Positions 24,796 to 28,794 of a stretch of DNA of 28,794 nt are shown in pieces. Every line of letters begins with the position of its first letter. The first letter of the stretch is position 1. The stretch is from a virus (taxonomy: Duplodnaviria > Caudoviricetes). The notes beneath the pieces are model-generated. The model was given only the letters and a program-made list of their open reading frames with translations, ran no database searches and was not told the origin of the DNA. The position numbers and the translations under genes were made by a program. Where the stretch lies: positions 1 through 28,794 of IMG/VR virus record IMGVR_UViG_3300020431_000370. One strand, given 5' to 3'.

Positions 24796-27114
24796 ATGTT
24801 TTCTACTGATACTAATATCGACGAATGGTACGAACAGAGGAGAGTAAATTTTGAATCTCTCAAAGAAACTCTACCAAAAAAACCAACAGAAAAAGAATCA
24901 AAAAAAGAATACGGTATTCTCTGTCATACAAAAAAAGACTGGGAGCATGTTCACGAAATCCTAATGCAGGATGGAACTCTTGAAGATAATATTCCATCCA
25001 GGACTGTAGAGTGTCCGAGTGCATGTAATCATAGTGAACTCAGAGGAATCTATCTATTAGATGATGATGAAGTTGAACAGTTGAGAAATCATCCTGGCGT
25101 TGCAAATGTAACTATCAATGCTTCTGCATATCCAGGCACCTATATGGATAACCCCGACAATTTAGTCGAGAGTTTGACAAAAGAAAATAGATATGCATCT
25201 AATGTTTGGTGTCAAGGATATTCATATGTCAATAGTTATACTAGTAGCACTCCTGGTATAGACCTCAAAAATAGAGGATCTATGCAATTACTCAGACATG
25301 TCCAAAAGAAAAGTCCTTGGGTGTCTGGTCAATGGGAGACGGGAGCAGGAGTAGCCGGTACTACAGGAGCTTCGATACAAATTGGTAGTCAAATACCACA
25401 ATATGGAACGGGGAAAGACGTTGATGTTATTGTATGCGACCAAGATATGTGGTTCGGTCACATCGAATTTCAGAATACTTTAGGTATCAGTACACTTACC
25501 ATAGCAGATACTCCACAAAATTATGTTGGTGGTAACAAATTATCTAACAGTGGCATCTCTACAACAGTAGGTACATGCGATCTTTTAGATTTGGTTTTAG
25601 ATGCTCCATATTATTTGGACCCAGACTTCTTTAATGCAGATCCTGGTAGTAGACTTACTACTCGTTGGGATGGAACAACTGTCCCCACAGATTCAGCTGG
25701 TCTCAACTGGTGGAGAAACAACAGTACAACTTATAGATCTCCAAAATTTGTATCTTCAGGCATTGGAACTGGAGAAGCAGTTGCAGGTTCAGTAGAAGAC
25801 TTTGGTGCTATTCTTGCAAGCACAACTTATACGAGATCAAGATCTAACGGTAGTAATACTGCATATCAAAGTAATACTGGTTTCCATGGAACTCCATGTG
25901 CTTCACAAACATATGGTAGACAATATGGATGGGCTTATAATTCCAACAAGTGGTTCCTAAATCTATACGGAACTTATGGTGTATTGTGGGAAGTTGGATT
26001 TGATATGCAGAAAGTATTCCATCAGATTAAACCAATAAATTCAGCTAAAGGTGATAAGGATCCAACTATTTCCAGTAATAGCTGGAGTAATAGAGTAGGT
26101 CCATGGAGTAGTGGATACATTCATCATAGAGATGCTGCAGGAACTGGTCAGACACCATTAGACGGATCAAACGCAGTATCTTATGGTAGTCAAGTAGGAC
26201 CTCTCATTGGTAGTGGTGGGACGTTAGCAATCGAATATGAATTTGATAATTCTATTATTCAATCAGGTGTCGAACTTGTAGAATCTGGAGTTATTTTCTG
26301 CTATGCCGCTGGCAATAGAGACCAAAAAGTGGTAAGAGGTGATCATCCAGACTACAATAATTACTATACGTTATCTGATAATGAGACTCCTGAAGAGGGA
26401 AGAAGATCAGGATATAGTAGTATGCCTGGAATTTACTTCCAACCTTTCTATAATAGGGTTGGATATCCAGGACAAATTGGCAAACGACATGATAGTAATG
26501 GAGTAGCTTTCTATAAAGGAATTGGAGTTGGTGCTTTAGATGAATACGGCACAACTAACAGTGCTACTGGAGAAGTTGGGGTGGGAACCTTCTATAGACA
26601 ATGCAAAACCTCATATAGTAATATGGGAAATGGAGTTGATATTTTTGCACTATGCGATATGAGTTTTGCTGCATGTGAGGATAACAGTAGTGGGTATAAA
26701 AGATATGATAGATACTACACTCTTGATGGAGTCACATCTGTAGAGTCTGAAGATAGGTTATTCAACGGAACAAGTTCTGCAACTCCTATTGCTGTTGGTC
26801 TTATGGCAACTAAACTTGAATATAATAGAGGTTGGAACTGGGCCGATATGAAACATTGGTTCAAGACAGCTTTGGGTGGACCCCTGTTGGGAAGCACAGA
26901 CTCTGCAGGAACATCTACAGTGTATGCTGGTATTGAAGGTGATGGTGACTACACTACTTCCTCATGGACTGATTCTTATACCCTTCAAGGTAGTGATGCA
27001 CCTGTTATTTGGGATGCGCCAACAGGTGCAGAACCAAATTTAACTAAGTTAATTGATGGTGGAGCTCAACCTCTCACATTCTCTGGCGACATCACCATTA
27101 AAATTGTAGAATAA
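24796..27114 (+). CDS. subtilisin-like (S8) serine protease
   Basis: G..VDVIVCD (Asp), HGTPCAS (His), AAGN (oxyanion hole), GTSSATP (Ser); I9-like N-terminal prodomain. Confidence 0.88.
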   Translation: MFSTDTNIDEWYEQRRVNFESLKETLPKKPTEKESKKEYGILCHTKKDWEHVHEILMQDGTLEDNIPSRTVECPSACNHSELRGIYLLDDDEVEQLRNHPGVANVTINASAYPGTYMDNPDNLVESLTKENRYASNVWCQGYSYVNSYTSSTPGIDLKNRGSMQLLRHVQKKSPWVSGQWETGAGVAGTTGASIQIGSQIPQYGTGKDVDVIVCDQDMWFGHIEFQNTLGISTLTIADTPQNYVGGNKLSNSGISTTVGTCDLLDLVLDAPYYLDPDFFNADPGSRLTTRWDGTTVPTDSAGLNWWRNNSTTYRSPKFVSSGIGTGEAVAGSVEDFGAILASTTYTRSRSNGSNTAYQSNTGFHGTPCASQTYGRQYGWAYNSNKWFLNLYGTYGVLWEVGFDMQKVFHQIKPINSAKGDKDPTISSNSWSNRVGPWSSGYIHHRDAAGTGQTPLDGSNAVSYGSQVGPLIGSGGTLAIEYEFDNSIIQSGVELVESGVIFCYAAGNRDQKVVRGDHPDYNNYYTLSDNETPEEGRRSGYSSMPGIYFQPFYNRVGYPGQIGKRHDSNGVAFYKGIGVGALDEYGTTNSATGEVGVGTFYRQCKTSYSNMGNGVDIFALCDMSFAACEDNSSGYKRYDRYYTLDGVTSVESEDRLFNGTSSATPIAVGLMATKLEYNRGWNWADMKHWFKTALGGPLLGSTDSAGTSTVYAGIEGDGDYTTSSWTDSYTLQGSDAPVIWDAPTGAEPNLTKLIDGGAQPLTFSGDITIKIVE

Positions 27115-27118
27115 ATAG
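27110..27118 (+). promoter_or_regulatory. late-type promoter AATAAATA
   Basis: Overlaps the protease stop codon, about 20 nt upstream of the next ATG. Confidence 0.5.
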
Positions 27119-27136
27119 TTAGAAAAGTTAGTACCC

Positions 27137-28000
27137 ATGACAGAAAAACCTTTTGGTGTAAAACAACTCAATATTATTGGTGCTACTGGTACTCCTACGA
27201 TTGAGAGTGCAGGAGACTTAAATATTGGCGGCAATCAAGTTGCAATCACAACCAATACTACTGTGTCAGGTGTTGTTACTGCAACTGCATTTGTAGGTAA
27301 CGGTGCTGGATTAACAGGAGTTACTGCTTCTGGAACTGGTATCATCATCAAAGATGGTGGATCAACAGTTGGAACTGCTGGAACTATAGACTTTGGAGCA
27401 AACTTAAGTGTGTCCGCACTATCAGGTGCGGCTGTAACGATAACTGGTGCTGCTGGTGGTGGAATCACTATTGAAGATGAGGGTAGTGCATTATCTACAG
27501 ATGCAACTACACTAAACTTTGTTGGAACTGGAGTGGTTGCATCTGGTACTGGAGCAGAAAAAACAATTACTATTACTCAAGGAGCTCCTGCTAACTTAAC
27601 TGCAACAACCTTAGATGTAAGTGGTATTTGTACTGCTGGTAGTTTTGTTACGGATCTAATCTCTGGTGATGGAACCAGTAGAGGATTTGCAACTAGATAT
27701 TACGTTACTTCGAGTGGTTCTAGTGACTATCGTTTTGCTGGTCCTGGTCAAAGAAATACTGTGGGAAATCCAACTATCTATTTGATGAGAGGTTTCACTT
27801 ATATCTTCGAGAACTCTACAGGAAACTCACATCCATTCCGTATCCAATACCAGAGTACAACTACTGGTGTAGGAACTTATGTCAGTGGGGCACAGAATGC
27901 AACTCAAGTATTCACAATCCCACATGATGCACCTAGTGCATACGAATATCAATGTACCGCTCACAGTGGTATGAAAGGAACTTTTATCATCCCTAGTTAA
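27137..28000 (+). CDS. virion fibre-like protein with C-terminal cupredoxin-like domain
   Basis: TATAFVGNGAGLTGV fibre module; NPTIYL.RG.TY.F, HPF, YQCTAHSGMKG. Confidence 0.85.
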   Translation: MTEKPFGVKQLNIIGATGTPTIESAGDLNIGGNQVAITTNTTVSGVVTATAFVGNGAGLTGVTASGTGIIIKDGGSTVGTAGTIDFGANLSVSALSGAAVTITGAAGGGITIEDEGSALSTDATTLNFVGTGVVASGTGAEKTITITQGAPANLTATTLDVSGICTAGSFVTDLISGDGTSRGFATRYYVTSSGSSDYRFAGPGQRNTVGNPTIYLMRGFTYIFENSTGNSHPFRIQYQSTTTGVGTYVSGAQNATQVFTIPHDAPSAYEYQCTAHSGMKGTFIIPS

Positions 28001-28001
28001 T

Positions 28002-28592
28002 ATGTCACCACTATCATTTGGAATCGGCAAGTCCCGAGGAACAGTATTTGATCCAGCAGTTTTCTACTGCAACTTTCTAATATTTAATTGGAATTGGACA
28101 GACGGAAAGGATTTTGACATCATAGCAGAGTTTATTGAGCCAAACATTAGTGGCCAGGTAGGCGCAAGGAAAGGCACCAAGATTCAAAATGCCGATCAAA
28201 GTGTTACATATATGGACTGGGGAGGAGATAATATTTTAGATACAGATAACGGATACGAATCTATTCTTATTGATGTCCCTGCTATTCAGTCAGCTCCTGG
28301 TAATAATTCGTCAAGAATTGTTTTGGACTTGCGAGGAACTTGGTATGACCAAGTTGGACTAGATCCTATTATTATTACTGCTGATGGATTTCAAGGTGGA
28401 ACACCACTAAAAGAAGGTGAAACTGGAAATATTCCTGGTTTTGGTTTCTATAATCCAACAGCTATTAGAACTTTTGAGAACTACAAACAATCTTTCGGTA
28501 CACAAATAATCACAACAAACCGTGAAAATAGTGGTCAACGAATTACAAGAGTAGAAATTGATACATCCACATTCAATATGAGATATTTTTGA
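28002..28592 (+). CDS. hypothetical (probably virion-associated) protein, 196 aa
   Basis: W.WTDGKDFDI, WGGDN, GYESILID; starts 1 nt after the upstream stop. Confidence 0.8.
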   Translation: MSPLSFGIGKSRGTVFDPAVFYCNFLIFNWNWTDGKDFDIIAEFIEPNISGQVGARKGTKIQNADQSVTYMDWGGDNILDTDNGYESILIDVPAIQSAPGNNSSRIVLDLRGTWYDQVGLDPIIITADGFQGGTPLKEGETGNIPGFGFYNPTAIRTFENYKQSFGTQIITTNRENSGQRITRVEIDTSTFNMRYF

Positions 28593-28670
28593 TGGTATCA
28601 CTAATAACATTTATTTGCTCTTGAAAATACATCTCTCTAAATAAGTATACATACCTCCTTGGTAAATCAT

Positions 28671-28794
28671 ATGAAACGGTTTTTACCCTTCATAATGTTA
28701 TTGATGACCGCACCAGCAGCGAATGCAGGTGCTCTTACGCATAAAATATCTTCCAGTGTTCAGTTAACCGTTGATGCTGCTGCTACTAACGTCA
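28671..28794 (+). CDS. secreted/exported hypothetical protein, 5' part only
   Basis: MKRFLPFIMLLMTAPAANAGALTHKISSSVQLTVDAAATNV; signal peptide ending ANA; CTAAATA upstream. Confidence 0.8.
   Translation, partial: MKRFLPFIMLLMTAPAANAGALTHKISSSVQLTVDAAATNV

Noticed and set aside
22483-28610. Minus-strand ORFs within the structural genes
   Set aside because: Antisense open frames expected from Gly/Thr/Ser-rich repetitive coding sequence.

Overview
This window is from an AT-rich T4-like cyanomyovirus (Kyanoviridae-type; the tRNA set suggests a Synechococcus host). Bases 1-22,200 run on the minus strand. They carry two hli genes, a small outer-membrane beta-barrel protein and an 11-kb tightly coupled glycan cluster. 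That cluster has a GDP-mannose 3,5-epimerase-like SDR, a second SDR, an NDP-sugar dehydrogenase, NadE, two methyltransferases, GT10, three GT11, a GT2/GT7-like enzyme and GT25. The same strand also carries six 2OG-Fe(II) oxygenase-like genes, a peroxiredoxin, an orphan Phd-like protein, four tRNAs (Arg-UCU, Leu-UAG, Gly-UCC, Val-UAC), a tail-lysozyme-like protein and a GIY-YIG protein. From 22,253 the plus strand encodes late virion proteins: a gp9/gp10-headed fibre protein, an S8 protease and a fibre protein ending in a cupredoxin-like domain. The most striking observations are RNA-level. (1) tRNAs punctuate ORFs: two oxygenase genes use the U8-A9-G10 of the downstream tRNA as their stop codon, and one starts 1 nt after the preceding tRNA. 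(2) There are several structured non-coding elements: a wcaG-like motif, a manA-like repeat, a pseudoknotted tRNA leader, and a putative late sRNA complementary to that pseudoknot's loop. All calls come from motif recognition by eye; no searches were run.
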